From positions 1 to 57,519 of the forward strand of contig JBNGIO010005227.1 of assembly GCA_049999805.1 (NCBI GenBank): a DNA stretch of 57,519 bases, given 5' to 3'. A program made the position numbers and the translations under genes. Positions 39,185 through 51,826 of this stretch are shown here, piece by piece (the stretch's first letter is position 1; each line of letters starts with the position of its first letter). The notes under the pieces were generated by a model. It searched no databases and was not told where the DNA came from. It saw nothing but the letters and a program-made list of their open reading frames with translations. Source of the stretch: Folioceros fuciformis (Eukaryota).

Positions 39185-40953
39185 ATGGAAGCGCGGCAAG
39201 TTGTTCTCTACAATGGGGTCTGTATGCCGCGCATAGGATGTACGTAGGGCTGACATTTCGTTTCCGCCTTCCGTTTCGTTTGTGTTCTGTTGCAACTCAC
39301 TTCCGTCACAGTGGGCACTTTCAAGGCCAAGGGGGAGGACGTAAAGCAAGCCGTGCGGTGGGCTCTCAGTAACGGCTATTCCATGTAAGCTGCTTCTCAG
39401 ATGATTTTGCGGTCTCTTCTGCCAGGAGCTTCGCATCTTACAGGATTCGAATTTCGTTGTGGGAAGGATTGATACAGCATCCATCTACAAGAACGAGAGG
39501 GAGATTGGAGATGCGATCCGGGAATCTGGTGTCCACCGTGATCAGATTTTTGTGACCAGCAAAGTCTCACCTTTTGAACACGGGTATGGACGACAGACGG
39601 AACTGTTCCAGAACACTCACTTGTCATCGCGGAGGGTTGCGAGTTCTGTTAGACTCAGGAATCTCAGCAGTTTGTAACCTGACCTTTGGAACACGTAGGT
39701 TCGAGAGGGCCAAACAAGCTGTGAACGACATACTCGAAAGACTGGGATGCGGCTATCTGGCAAGTCCCATGTGCAGTATCCTCTCGTTCTTCATGTTTTT
39801 CTCTTGTGCTTGGTGCTGCGTAGGGCCGAATGAATAGTACCTCTGGAGTTCTTACAGCTCTTTCTCGTTTCATGTATCAGGATCTTTGTCTAATACACTG
39901 GTATGTCCCCTGGCTGGGCGCATTCATTTGAACTGGAAGGGCATCCATCTGACCTTCGAAGATGGAACTATGACGCTGTGGGTTGAAACAGGCCAGGAGT
40001 TGCAAAGCAAGATATGTAAGTTCAGCTTTGACCAGCCTTGTTTCCTGTTTGTGCAAATCGTATCACTGAACCATGGTAACTCCTCCTCTCACGCACAGAA
40101 AGTCGACAAAAAACTTTCAGCTTCGACGGGAAACCTGGCGCGCTTTGGAGCACCTGTACAAAGAAGGTAAGCCTAGCTGCCATTAGTACTTTGAGCTTAG
40201 TTTTGCAATCCGATCAGTGCACGCTCCTCCTATCGATCTCGCTTTAACCTTGGGGTGTGCAGAAAAGTGTAAAGCCATAGGGGTAAGCAATTATAACAGC
40301 AGGCATTTGACAGAGGTCTTTGGTAGCTGTGAAATCAAGCCCATGGTCAACCAGGTTTGTGATCCCGAATGACTTTATTGTGTTTGGAATGAGAGTGAGC
40401 ATGTTTGACGAGAATAATGATCACCCCAACGTATCACAGGTAGAAGTCCATCCGCAGTTGCAGCAACTGAACTTACGAGAATTTTGTGCTGCACACAAGA
40501 TTTGCGTTCAAGCTTATTCACCCCTCGGCAGTGGTGGTGTATGATAAATTGCTACGTCACTTAGTAACTTTTAAGTTTTTCCTCATTTCCTTCTGTGTTC
40601 CTCGGTTGGTTTTGATCATGTTTGTCCTGGCAGTTGCTGCAGGATCCTGCAGTTTGCAATATAGCCAGGAATCTCGTAAGATCACCTTCGCAAGTTCTTC
40701 TTCGCTGGGGACTCCAAAATGATTTGGGTACGAGGCCATCATCGGATCAAGTGTGTCTGCTAAGATGTGTCAGTATGGCTGACGTGACTCGGATGCTGTC
40801 GTTGCAGTAGTCCTCCCAAAATCGGTACAACAAACGCATATTATCGAAAATGCCGACATTTTCTCTTTTGTGCTAACTGAGAAAGACATGCAAACTCTAG
40901 GCAGCCTTGAGCGAGGGCAACATCTTTGCTGGTCAGCCGAAGAAGTGAGGTAA
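39185..40953 (+). CDS. aldo-keto reductase (2,5-DKG reductase / PGFS-like)
   Basis: LYNGVCMPRIGLGTF, IDTASIYKNEREIG, IFVTSK, YL|DLCLIHW|PG, KAIGVSNY, NQ|VEVHP, VQAYSPLG, SQVLLRWGLQ, VLPKS. Confidence 0.93.
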
Positions 40954-41156
40954 AGCATTTTGCTTCAAACGCGCAGCACAGGGATCAACCTTCTAGTACT
41001 GGACTGGTTCAAATCTCTCGCTCTAGGATCCGCAAGAAAGTGTCTACATCTGTAACAATGTCAGTGCTTGTCGGATGAGCACTCGTCTACGTGCTATGGC
41101 TTGCACTAGAGCTGTTAGCTCACCTTCATCCCCGCTTGATTTGATCCTGTGGAAAT

Positions 41157-42945
41157 CTATCGAAGCTGTGATAACTTGCTACGCACTAAAACAGGCAATC
41201 TATAGTACACGTATCGTGTGGCCCTTGCAGTCAACAGCATGATTATGGGGGAGACATACCCTGCGGCTGCAGAGAAGGCCACCCTTCCTGCCGCAGAGAA
41301 GGCCACCCTTCCTGCTGCAGAGAAGGCCACCCTTCCTGCTGCTGACTGTCTGGCTCGCCTCATAAAGTTTAAGAAAGAGACCCTGCAGAATTGGGTTGAA
41401 ATGTCAGCAGCTTTTAAGCCCATCCAGAGGCGAGAGAGAAAGTGCTGATCTTAAAACATAGCACCCACATGGCCAGAAAATAACGAGGGAGGTCCGGTAC
41501 AACAGGTGGTGCCTCTGGTACGCAGTCACCCGTTACATTCTCAGCGACGTCCACCATCCCCAGATCCCAAGGATTGTACTTGCACGGGTATATCGCATTT
41601 ACCTGCAATCAACTTGAGCGTCTTAGCAAATAAAATGGTGTCGGAACATAAATCCATACTGCTAGCTCCGGAGGCATTTTAATTACGAACGCCGAAAGAC
41701 AAGTCAACGATTTCTTACGTACTTGGTATCCTTCATTCAGTCTCCACACAGCACCAAAATCAGGACGACATTCTGCGCGCAGAGCCTGCCTCGGTGCCTC
41801 AGCAGCTGCTAACATGGGCAACTCGGATAGATGGGGTCTGTATTCTACCTGCAAATGAAGACATATTAGGAATACTGTAAGTGCTTGTCATTCAAGTCAG
41901 GCAATGCAGGACCGCCAAAACCCTCCGGAGCTTCAATTTTGAAGCACCTTCAAAACTGAAGCCCAGTAGTAGTCGAGGTAACACCAGATTTTTGACTCTT
42001 TGGAACTGATGTGCTTGTGCTTCCATGGCCGAACCTCACAGATCGTTGAAAACCTGAGATCCACTCCTACACATTCAGAATCAGCTAACCTATCCTATCA
42101 TCTGATTTTCTATCATGGTGGAAAGCATCCAATCTAAGAATATTAAGCCTAGATAGATGAGTATTTCACAATCGAGAAGGAATGGAAGGTAAGCCTCCAC
42201 AGCCATCAACAAACCACAGCGAACTGCCATCTCGAATGACGTAGTCAGCCTCTGCTGAACAAATGAGTGACGACAGTACAGTCCTTCGATCGCCGCTAGT
42301 CTCACCTTTGGACACAATCTTGCAATCAGTGGTTTGGCGGGCAGCCTTATTAATAGACGAGTCGATAGATAAGTAGGCCTGCAACCCGATCACGCGGGCA
42401 AACAGAAGGGCAAGGCCGCAGCAGGATAACACCAGAAACATCCACCTGGACAACAACTGCAGGCATGGTTGCGTTCGATTCCTCCCACTTGGTTGTTCCT
42501 CACTATCACTCACCCGCGCGTTACAAGAGGTTTTGACTCCATTGTCACATTCCTGATCACTCCGGCCGGAAGCTTCCAGTACTCGACCCCTAGAACAATT
42601 CTCTAGCTCGTCACCTCCGTCACCCTCTTCACTGCCGCTAGCAACCTCCAACACCCGACCGCCGGTTGCGACCAAATCTGAAGTTCCATGGTCGTTGGAT
42701 CTGCAGCTACCTACCCTCTCGTCTCGCATTCCGGTACCAAACCCGCAGTCAGCTGCAATTCCGAGCTCGCGTTTTCTGTCGTGTTTCCGCAGCAACCCCG
42801 CCTGACACAGCCCAAGTGCCAGAACAAGCACTACCACAGGAAGAGCCCCGAGCAGCATGGCTTGCCAGACATCCTCGCTTACCATCTCCAGTGCTTCGAT
42901 AGATTCATGCCACATAAAAGCTGCATCGCCCCAGCTTGGCATCAT
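41157..42945 (-). CDS. plant membrane protein of unknown function with a Cys-containing lumenal domain
   Basis: Exons join as TM..TTDCKIVSK|GVDLRFSTICEV..WCYLDYYWASVLK|VEYRP..EAPRQALRAECRPDFG..|VNAIYPCKY..|VSFLNF. The start and last exon are less certain. Confidence 0.7.
41269..41340. repeat. 24-bp tandem repeat x3 within the putative last coding exon (AAGRVAFS x3 on the minus strand)
   Basis: gcagagaaggccacccttcctgc(c/t) occurs three times. Confidence 0.9.
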
Positions 42946-43282
42946 CCTACGCTCTAATTGAGCTCACCTTTACACGCACACCTCTCACTGAGTCAAATTA
43001 CACAGATCTCGAGCTGATGTCACGCATTTATTCTCCCCGCATCTTGAAATCCGGCGGGCCAGAATGATGCTGAAACCCGTTTGACGAAACCACGAGCCGG
43101 AAAGAGCCACGACAAACGAGCTCACGTTGATGGGATTTCGCTCCTAAGGAATTTCCCTAGGGATGGCAAACGCATGTGGACACGAGGATGACGTGACTAT
43201 GCCATACAAGACTGGTGCTGAAAGCATACACGTTGCTGGCGCTTCCTAGGTTCCAAGTTCTTAATTTACCTATCTCTGATCA

Positions 43283-45743
43283 CTAGAACAGGTCAAAGAA
43301 GTAGTCCAAACCTTGTCCTATCTCCCAGATCGAGAGACCTGTGCCCCATAGATCTGCTTCTTCTAGCCTAAACGCCAAGGACAGCAGGGACGGGTAGAAG
43401 ACTGTATGCTTCACACCCGAGAGCTCATAGTCGAAGTAATGCTCCTTGCTCTCCTTGTCCCAAATCAGCTTGGGTTTCACGGTGGAAAGGAGGTCGATGA
43501 ACTGGTGCCCCACGACGGTGTCTCCACCTGCATTTGTGCAGCAAGTCAGTGTGGTGTCCAAGTCTGGACAACAAAGACCACTGAAACAACCACTCAGAGA
43601 CGATTATCCAAGGAGGACGGAAGTGAGCACCTTGGGGTTGTATATAATCGTTGCCATAGAAGTTGATTCCCAGAAGCACCTTGCCTACTACGTCTTTCTC
43701 CGGGTCTTTCGCCCAGAGACTCTTCAGCTCACGCCCTGAGTCGAAGTTCTCAAACCTCCTGCTCGCCGACTCGTAGTTCTCAAACTTCCTGCTCACGGCC
43801 TTGACGTAGTCCGGCTTTCTACGGATGTGTGTTTCAGGTAAGAGTGCACGCAAACATGCTTCCACCCATCGTATGGGGGCATTTGGACCTGGACTGTAAG
43901 GGCTTGAGAAGTCATAAGTCATCAAAGAAAATCCATCCACATAGCTACCCAGGTCAAGCAAATCATCTGTCGAGAACATTCTAGGATCTGCGTTGTGGGA
44001 ACTGCGAGAATTTGGAGGAGGTATCACGAACACAAACTGCATGTTCCGCCTGTCATGAGCCCCTCGTACAGCTGTGGAATGCAGAATAGAACCCAGAGCT
44101 TGTACGAACTCCACGGCCTGCGAGAAGGAATGAAAATGCAAACATGAGAACAGCAACTCCTCGGGGACATACAGGGAGGCAGCTGCACTAAACGTAATAC
44201 CTTCAGCCGCAGCTCTGGCACCTCTAAGAGCCGAGAAGCCTGCCATGAAGACCACGCCTCAAGGACAGCACCATCAAAACGCCTCTCTCTGCCAGACAGG
44301 TGAATAAATGGCAGTAAGCCACCCAGCAGAAGACACGAACGCCAAATCAAAGGCAGTGTTGCGAAATGGCGTGAAATCTGTCTTATGCTTACTTGCACTC
44401 AGATACAATGAGGTCGATGGCCCGTTGCTTCTCATCAGATTCGGTCAGCATCCTGTCCAGTGCCATCCCCCTCAAGACGAAGCGGGGAAGTATCTGAGAT
44501 GACAACCACACGACCCCAAAGCTGACGAGAGAGCGCATAAACGTGATCGAAAGCTCCACTGTAATCCTCATCAAAGGCTTGAAATGCCTCATACCCGTGG
44601 AGACCCGTTCTTCCGAACTTCCGAGATCCACTCCTGGTCTACATCATGACCCCCAATGAGGTCGACTTGAGACTTGACGTTCCCTCTGACATGAGCACAG
44701 TCATCCGACATGAAAAGATGTCCCAGCTGTGAGAACAAAGTGCCTCGTTTTGCGACAAACGATCACATTGAACCCATATCACCTTCAGGAAACTGTGAAA
44801 GTCAGAGGAAGCTGTGATCGATCCCGCATACCTCCTCAGTTCATACCAGACAGGCGAAACGTGCGTAAACTTTGACCTAAACCTCTTGGCATTATCATAC
44901 CCCTTCGAGTTCCTGCATCTAGGAAACACAATCAGCAAAATTACTTCCACACCAACATACTGCACGAGGATGGACAGCATGCTTGAACAAGCGACCACGT
45001 AAAAACATCAGCTTTCCCAAGCCTACATTGCACCCACTCCGTCCTGCTTCCGCCCAATTGCTCCCTTACAAGAAGAAACAAACTAGCCTAAAATCACAAC
45101 CTGCATTCATCACAAGCTTGTTACTCACACCCACCACTGGCCACCCCACAGCGCAGCTGAATCTAGAGAAGCCAAATGAGAATTTCTCAGAAAGGTTGCA
45201 CACACCACGGAGTGACATAGGCGAGCACCATGCCAGTCACGTGTCGGTGGTTCGTCCTATTCCAAGGCCGCGAGTGCTCCTGCTACCACAAAATCCTCAG
45301 CTCACAATGCTTCGTTCCTGCCTTGCTCCCATGCATGTGAGAACAAACAAGAATGCCGGGTTGCCCACCTTAAGAATCGTTTGGTAGGGAACTTCGGGAT
45401 TCACCAGACCGCGGTCGTAGACTGAGGTGGCAGCTTCAGGACTTTCGGGCAGGGCAGGCTTGAGTAGGCCCCAGAAGAACAGCGTGAGAATGACAGCAAT
45501 GAGAACTCCAGCAGGCCAGGAGAAGATAAGTTTAAAGGCTATCTCCGACTTCCGGCTGCTCCTTGGAAGCCTGGGACGGCGGGCAGGGCCAGAGCCCGTG
45601 CCATTTCTAGACCCAGAAGCAGAACCATTCCTAGCGCCCGAGCCAGAGCCGGGGCCAGGACCAGGACCAGGCCCAGGAACAGGAACAGAACTAGAGCCTG
45701 CACCGGGGACAGAAGCAGGGCTATCGTGCTGTAGCCGCCCCAT
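43283..45743 (-). CDS. CHID1: chitinase domain-containing protein 1 (GH18-like, probably non-catalytic), type II membrane anchor
   Basis: SKFTHVSPVWYEL, FDGAVLEAW, DGFSLMTYDFS, GPNAPIRW, LLGINFYGNDY and GLSIWEIGQGLDYFFDLF*. N-terminal (GP)n/GS repeats precede a TM helix. Confidence 0.92.
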
Positions 45744-46946
45744 GGCTGAAATGAAGCTCTGGGAAAGCTCTGAAAGGCAACACTGGAACTGGCCTACACT
45801 GGCACTCGGCTGGACAGGGAAAGGTGCAACAGCAGGTGGCGGCTATATGAATTGAAATTGGGTGAGATATGCTTACAGATCGATGACCTAGCACTGAAAG
45901 CCTATCTTCCATTGGCCCTGTGCTTCCACATAAAAAAACCTCCTTCCCAGATGAAAACGTTGCTGCCCACTTTGGCGGGCCAGCCAACGATGACGGATGC
46001 GTGCCCAACTTTTGCTGTTCGAAAGACGACGCCTTTTGCCAGCAGCAAGAAAGATAGATAACATATGCCGCAAGGAAGCCAGGCGTGACTTGGTCCATTT
46101 TCTTCTCGAAAGCTGAGCCCAGATTGAGGACAAGATTGTGCAGCAGAGAAAAATGGTATACAAATCCACATATGGTTAGAAAAAGTCTCGCAACAGGCTA
46201 GAGTTGTTCGACGCTTCTTTTTACCGGACGTCATCCCCAATCCAGCCATTCCTAAATCCAGCCATTCCTACTCCACTTTCGTGTTGATACGCTTTTACAG
46301 GCTTACACCTACCCACACATCCAGCCATACGAGCTCCCTGGTTACTGTCTGGCGAGAGGCAAGGCAACAACATTTCAGAGCAAAGTTAAATTTGCCACTC
46401 TGTCGCACTCCATGCTGGTCGCTCGGACAACGTGAAATCTTCATAGCATTTGTTGCTTTTCCCATAGCTCTTAGAGTTTGTCATGATCCTTCCCAGAGCT
46501 CTCAAGAGTTTGCCATGATCTATTCGCCGTAGAATGCTTGGGCCTTGGCAGACTCCTCGAACGCCACCCATATCCGTGGACGGATGCCTCGCCGTCCCTG
46601 GCGTGGTAGTTTTGAGTTCATGATTTGTTGGATATGGGTAGAATGCCACGATATGGGTAGAATGCCAAAAGTATCAATACGAAATTTTACGGAGCTGGTT
46701 CAGGTGCAGGACGGTGCAATGAATGAACCCTGCATCACGGAAGGCTCTCAGTTTGCCTTCAGTGGAAGTAATCCCACCTTGAGAAAGGTTTGTATCACTC
46801 AAGCCCAATACCGTGAAGCGTCAACCGGAGACACAGTCCTCTCACGTCTCTCGTACAGCACCCGGAAAAACGTAGGCGCGGATCTTCCAAGCTACAGTCA
46901 AGGCCTACATGCTCCACATGAACACAACAGAATGCTCCACTTTCTG

Positions 46947-47935
46947 TCACTCGTCATGATGATATTCGAACAATCCATCTGGCCCTGCAAAGCAAGACCA
47001 CAACTAAGAATCTGCCAAGGTGACTACACACCACCCGCAGGATCAACTCCACGAGAACGAAATTGAAGACAATTGAGCCCACTATCCACAGCGCATCAGA
47101 CTCATCATCTTCAATATGTATGGGGGCAGTCAGAGCATACCCCATGGAAACTCCTTGTTACGGATGTGAAGGTATGAGTAGGCCTGCACATGGCCAACGC
47201 ACATGAGTAGTTGACACGAGCAGCAGAGCTTGATAGCCAATCGCACTTACTTGCAGCGTCCCCAAGCAACCTTCAAATGTAGTGAGGATTATAGGTCAGA
47301 TGAACAATGAGAAAGCACAAGCTGCCTTCTTGAACGTACCGGTCTCTCATGATGTTCATGGTGTTCATTTCCAGAAAAGGTGTAAATGGCAAAGGCAACC
47401 ACGGCAGTGAAACCAAGAGCAGTAATCCGTTTCCATTTGTGCATCTCCTCTGGACAAGAGGGCCAAGTAAGCAAATATAGCCAGCAATGTGTATCAAAGA
47501 GACAACTCGGAGGCAACCAGAACAATAGCATGAACGCAGCAATCAGACAATCTTCAGCAAAACCACAGACAGACAGGATGTACCATCCGGCAGCAGGTAC
47601 AGCACTCAGTAGGCCCAACCCCCTGTGGAAAGCTCTGCTCGATGACATGGAAGCCGGGATAGATTAACATAACGAGGAAACATCCCACTCTTCAAGCCAT
47701 TTTCAGCAAATTCAGACAAAACTACCAAGCACTGTCAGCTACGATTGCCATCCAGATCCCGCGACGCGCAACTTGGAAGTAAGTATACAACAGGCAAGTG
47801 AAACCTACCACGGTCGTCAACAGCTGAAGAGTGCGCAAATCTTGGGGATGGGACTGCGACAGAAGCCCGACTGGCAGAGCGAGAGCCCAAGGAAGGCAGC
47901 AACGGCCCCAGCCGTTGCCTCAGTGCGGTCACCAT
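46947..47935 (-). CDS. COX6A: cytochrome c oxidase subunit 6a, mitochondrial
   Basis: Presequence MVTALRQRLG..AVDDR|EEMHKWKRITALGFTAVVAFAIYTFS..HHERP|AYSYLHIRNKEFPW|GPDGLFEYHHDE*. Confidence 0.93.
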
Positions 47936-49742
47936 GCTTGTCTCAGTGTGCCTTCCGCTCGCGTGAACAAATGCTAGCCTAGGGCTCTGAGATGCACCCG
48001 TCTCGTCGACCAGCCCAAGGAGCAGAACAGCGCTCAAATTATGATACTATTTGTTATTACTTCGTACTTGACGCGTATATATGTTTCAAAATGAATTTGT
48101 TTAACATGTTATGCACAGGATGACGGAATATATCCAACGAGCATGACCATCCATACCTTTCAGAGATAACTGTTCCCGTCGCCAACCAAGCCCAGTCAGG
48201 TGTTTTCATCTTTGGGTCGGGACTCCCGACTCGGGAGTGCCGAGGCATTCACGCTAAAATGAAAGAAGTAGTGCTGCCTACCAGCAATCCTTCCTACGGG
48301 GGCTGATGGGGCGGGGCGCACTGTTGGTTGCTCTAGGAAAGGACTAAAGGAATGTTCAGCCAGCACAACAACGAATACATCTCCTTGGCGTGCAGTTTTG
48401 CTCGGATGGTTTTCAAGAGAGCACACCTGTGTAGTACAGAGGGCCTTCATATCTGCACCACCTGCCACTTTCTCGAAACCCACCACATGCAGCCCTGTTC
48501 GAGCTTCAGGCGGTGGTACACCAACCAGAGGGTGAGGTACAGTGGTGGGGGGTGGTATGGGCTTGCATGCTGCACTCTCTGTGGCATCATCCCACGTCCA
48601 ACACAGATGATTTTCGGAGGACAAGCCCGGTAAGGGTAAGGAAGGTACTAGCAGTCATATGGGAATCGTGCCCTCGTCTGGCTCAGGTTTGTGTGGCACT
48701 CTGGCTGGGCAGCACCTCACCGAGAAACACTCAGGCTAGGGCGTGCATCCAACATCCAACGGGCTGCCATTTCGTAACATGCTCTTCACCTCGGAGTCCA
48801 TACTTTGCCTCTGGGCATGGCAGCATCTCAGGAATCCAATCATGCAGGCTCTGTCACAGCCATAACCAGGGTTTCTGGCATGATCACCGCAAAATCTCCC
48901 CAGCTCGACGCACGAAGTCGATAGGGTCGGAGCAAGCCCTGGCTCTCAGAGCACTGCGCAGGAGAAGAAGTTCGCCGAGCGGCGCAGGGAGTGGCACCTC
49001 TGCTCTGATACACCCGATATCAACAGCGATCAGACAGGGATGCATCAGAGACGAGGAAGGCTAACCCGGCTATTCTGCATCTGCAAGACTACAGAGCAGA
49101 GCGTACGTTCCCTCATGGCGCAGTGCCCTGCTGAACGCTTCGGTATCTTCCTCTAGTCTGCACCGATACCTTCGTGGACTGCACGCAACAGGGCGGTCCA
49201 AGGGACCGGTGACGAGTCGAGTCGGCAAGGGATCGAAGTGAAAGCACCTGCCAGCGGCTGGCTGGGAACCAAAGTCAAGCCTGACACGTCTCAGAAAGCT
49301 TCGGCGGTCAGAGCGCTGCAAAATGTACTGTAGTGTACTGTACAAGGTTCACCCATTCCTCTGCTTGTAACACGGGTCATTGCAAGAAAGGTGAGGAGCA
49401 GGGCCCACTTTGCTGGCACCTGCAGAAGGACTTTGACTAGTTGGGCTCCCAGCCTGACGCCTATATGAACGTGGCCACACTCTCACCAAGTCATCATACA
49501 GGCCTTCGCACAATCCAGACTCAGCAAACGCTACACCCCGTCACGTCACCGAAATCGGAAGCGCAGATAGCGCTGTGGAGCTGCAACCATTTCACTCGCT
49601 CAGGAACCATCCAAGGCGTTGGGAATTCGTGAACTGGTGCAGAAGTCGACGAATCAAGATCCACGGTACGCACCTTGAGGAGCCGTTGTAGAGTCTGTGA
49701 CAGCAGCACCAAGTGATTCAAGGAATCTACAAGGCAAACGCA

Positions 49743-50165
49743 ATGGCGATGGCAGGTGGACGAAAACTTGTGTTGGCTGCTTGGGTGGTGTGCGCCGTGA
49801 TGGCCGTGGGTCTGATGCCCCACGTTGCCCAAGCCCAGGACACCACACTGGTGTCGGGGCTGTGCAATACGGAGAAAATTCGTGACGGCGCTTACCTCTG
49901 GGCCGGAGTGGATGCCGCGCTCTCGGACTTGGACAAGAACACAGCCTACAGCGGATACATCTACCGCACACAATACCAGCACGGCAGTGGTGGTGACACA
50001 GCCTACGCCCAAGGAATCTGCAACCAGAAACTTACCCAGTCGGAGTGCAGCGCCTGTCTCAAGGCTCTTCACTCGGATATCGGGAAAATTTGTGACAAGG
50101 CCGTTGGAGCCAGAGTGCAGTTTGCTGACTGCTTCATCCGCTACGAGACCTACAATTTCTACTAG
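49743..50165 (+). CDS. secreted single-domain Gnk2/DUF26 (ginkbilobin-2-like) protein
   Basis: Signal peptide, C-X8-C-X2-C (CNQKLTQSECSAC) and GARVQFADCFIRYETY; intronless. Confidence 0.92.
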   Translation: MAMAGGRKLVLAAWVVCAVMAVGLMPHVAQAQDTTLVSGLCNTEKIRDGAYLWAGVDAALSDLDKNTAYSGYIYRTQYQHGSGGDTAYAQGICNQKLTQSECSACLKALHSDIGKICDKAVGARVQFADCFIRYETYNFY

Positions 50166-50730
50166 AAAACTATCACCAGCTTCCGGGAGCAATGCTTGCT
50201 GTACCTTGTGAGGGACAATTTATCGCCCTGACTAGTTGCAGCTCGCAACACGGTGACACCTGGTGAAGTCCGAGCGCCGCTTGTGAGAAGTTTGAAGCTG
50301 TCACACACGGCCCGTGGCCTGACAGAGCATGGTTGAAATCCAGAGTCAAGTTCTTGATGAAATGTACAAAACATGAAGTGACTGTTGGAAAGCATCATGC
50401 ATCGCGCCTGCTTCAGGACGCTTTGTGTCTACATTGGCCTCTCGCTCTCGCATTTTCGCATTTGTAGGCCGCCCACATCGTTGTGTTGGACTCGAGGCTG
50501 CCAGCTGACATGATCCTCACCGAATGCTACGAGCGTACGGAAATTCCGTGTTCAAATGGCTCGCGAGCCCAGCTACAAACCCTGCAGACAAATTGCAAGC
50601 TGTGGTGTTGAATTTCTGTTTGCTCCCTATAAGGCCTCGCTCGCTCTTGTAATTAGTGAACATATTCGGAATCCGTATGGATTTCCGAGCTTTGATATCA
50701 CGTTCGCAAACGGAGTAGGATGCTTTGTTT

Positions 50731-50766
50731 ATAGGATAGGATAGGATAGGATAGGAAAGGACAGGA
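50731..50766. repeat. (ATAGG)n microsatellite
   Basis: ataggataggataggataggataggaaaggacagga. Confidence 0.85.
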
Positions 50767-51376
50767 CTCTGCGCAGAGATCATTACGACCTGTGCTTAAT
50801 TTCATTGGTGACTTACAGGTAATAACATACAAATTAAATCAGTCCAGCCCACGAAATCTGTGGTGGAAGGCACCCGTGGATGTCACGTCACACCGCCTGG
50901 TTCCGTTGCTCTGGTACATGTTCCACATCGTATTCGATATTTGCGTTGCCATGATCGTCGTCCGCTGGATATTAGCAAGGCTGGGCCACCCATGGCCGTC
51001 GGCGGATTAGAGAAACTGGCGACCTCGCCGAGTCGCCGGGCCCGGCCCGGCCCAGGCCGGCAATTTGTTTCACATGTTGATGCGCAAGCGTGATATGAAG
51101 TCTGCACTGCACATGTTGCAGCTGCACTTGAGCCTATTCACTCGGAGCTGGGACGCAATTCTCTCGAGTTCTACGATAGCAAGCTCGAGGATGTCGCCGG
51201 TGTTGAATGGGCTGATGAGGAGAACGCTGACACAGCCTTAGAGCAGGAGTGAGGAAGCTCTGCCTTGATTTTGATAGGGGCATGCAGGAGGCTGTCAGTG
51301 AGGACCTCCAAGTTCGTGGGCAGCTAGCTGCAGTCAGTTTTGCGTTGAGCGACAACAGCTGACAACACTAACAAGA

Positions 51377-51826
51377 TTGGATGGCCGGGAACCCAGCATT
51401 GCCAAGTTTCTCCTGGCTGTCATGATGCTGTGCGTGGTGGGTAGGATGGTGCCCACCGCTGCCGGTACCAGATCCGTCAGGGCACCCAAGCCGAAAGGGC
51501 CCAACACCACGCTCCTCAGTGCTGCCTGCAGCACCGGCGACACCATCACCGCAGGGAGCCCTCTCTTTGACAACATACATATGGTGTTCCAGGATCTGCA
51601 CCGGAACACTGCCACCAGCGGGTACTCCTACCGTGCCGAGAAACTGGGCGGAAACAGCACGGCGCACGGCCAGGCGATCTGCAACCAGAGACTCTCCCAG
51701 GACCTGTGCACTCAGTGCCTGGGAACTCTGACGAACACCATCTTGGCTGTTTGCGCTAACGCTGTCGGAGGCAGGGTGCAGCTGGTTGACTGCTTTCTGC
51801 GCTACGAAAACTTTGACTTCCCCTGA
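51377..51826 (+). CDS. second Gnk2/DUF26 protein (tandem paralog); start codon anomalous
   Basis: CNQRLSQDLCTQC (C-X8-C-X2-C) and GGRVQLVDCFLRYENFDF. The first in-frame ATG is at 51422; the ATG at 51381 is out of frame. Confidence 0.85.
   Translation: MDGREPSIAKFLLAVMMLCVVGRMVPTAAGTRSVRAPKPKGPNTTLLSAACSTGDTITAGSPLFDNIHMVFQDLHRNTATSGYSYRAEKLGGNSTAHGQAICNQRLSQDLCTQCLGTLTNTILAVCANAVGGRVQLVDCFLRYENFDFP

Noticed and set aside
47584-47648. Spliced alternative first exon of COX6A using the GT near 47583
   Set aside because: It would be phase 2 while exon 2 needs phase 1, so it is out of frame.
48352-49064. Cys/His-rich ORFs suggesting a zinc finger or LINE fragment
   Set aside because: No coherent motif spacing or recognisable domain.
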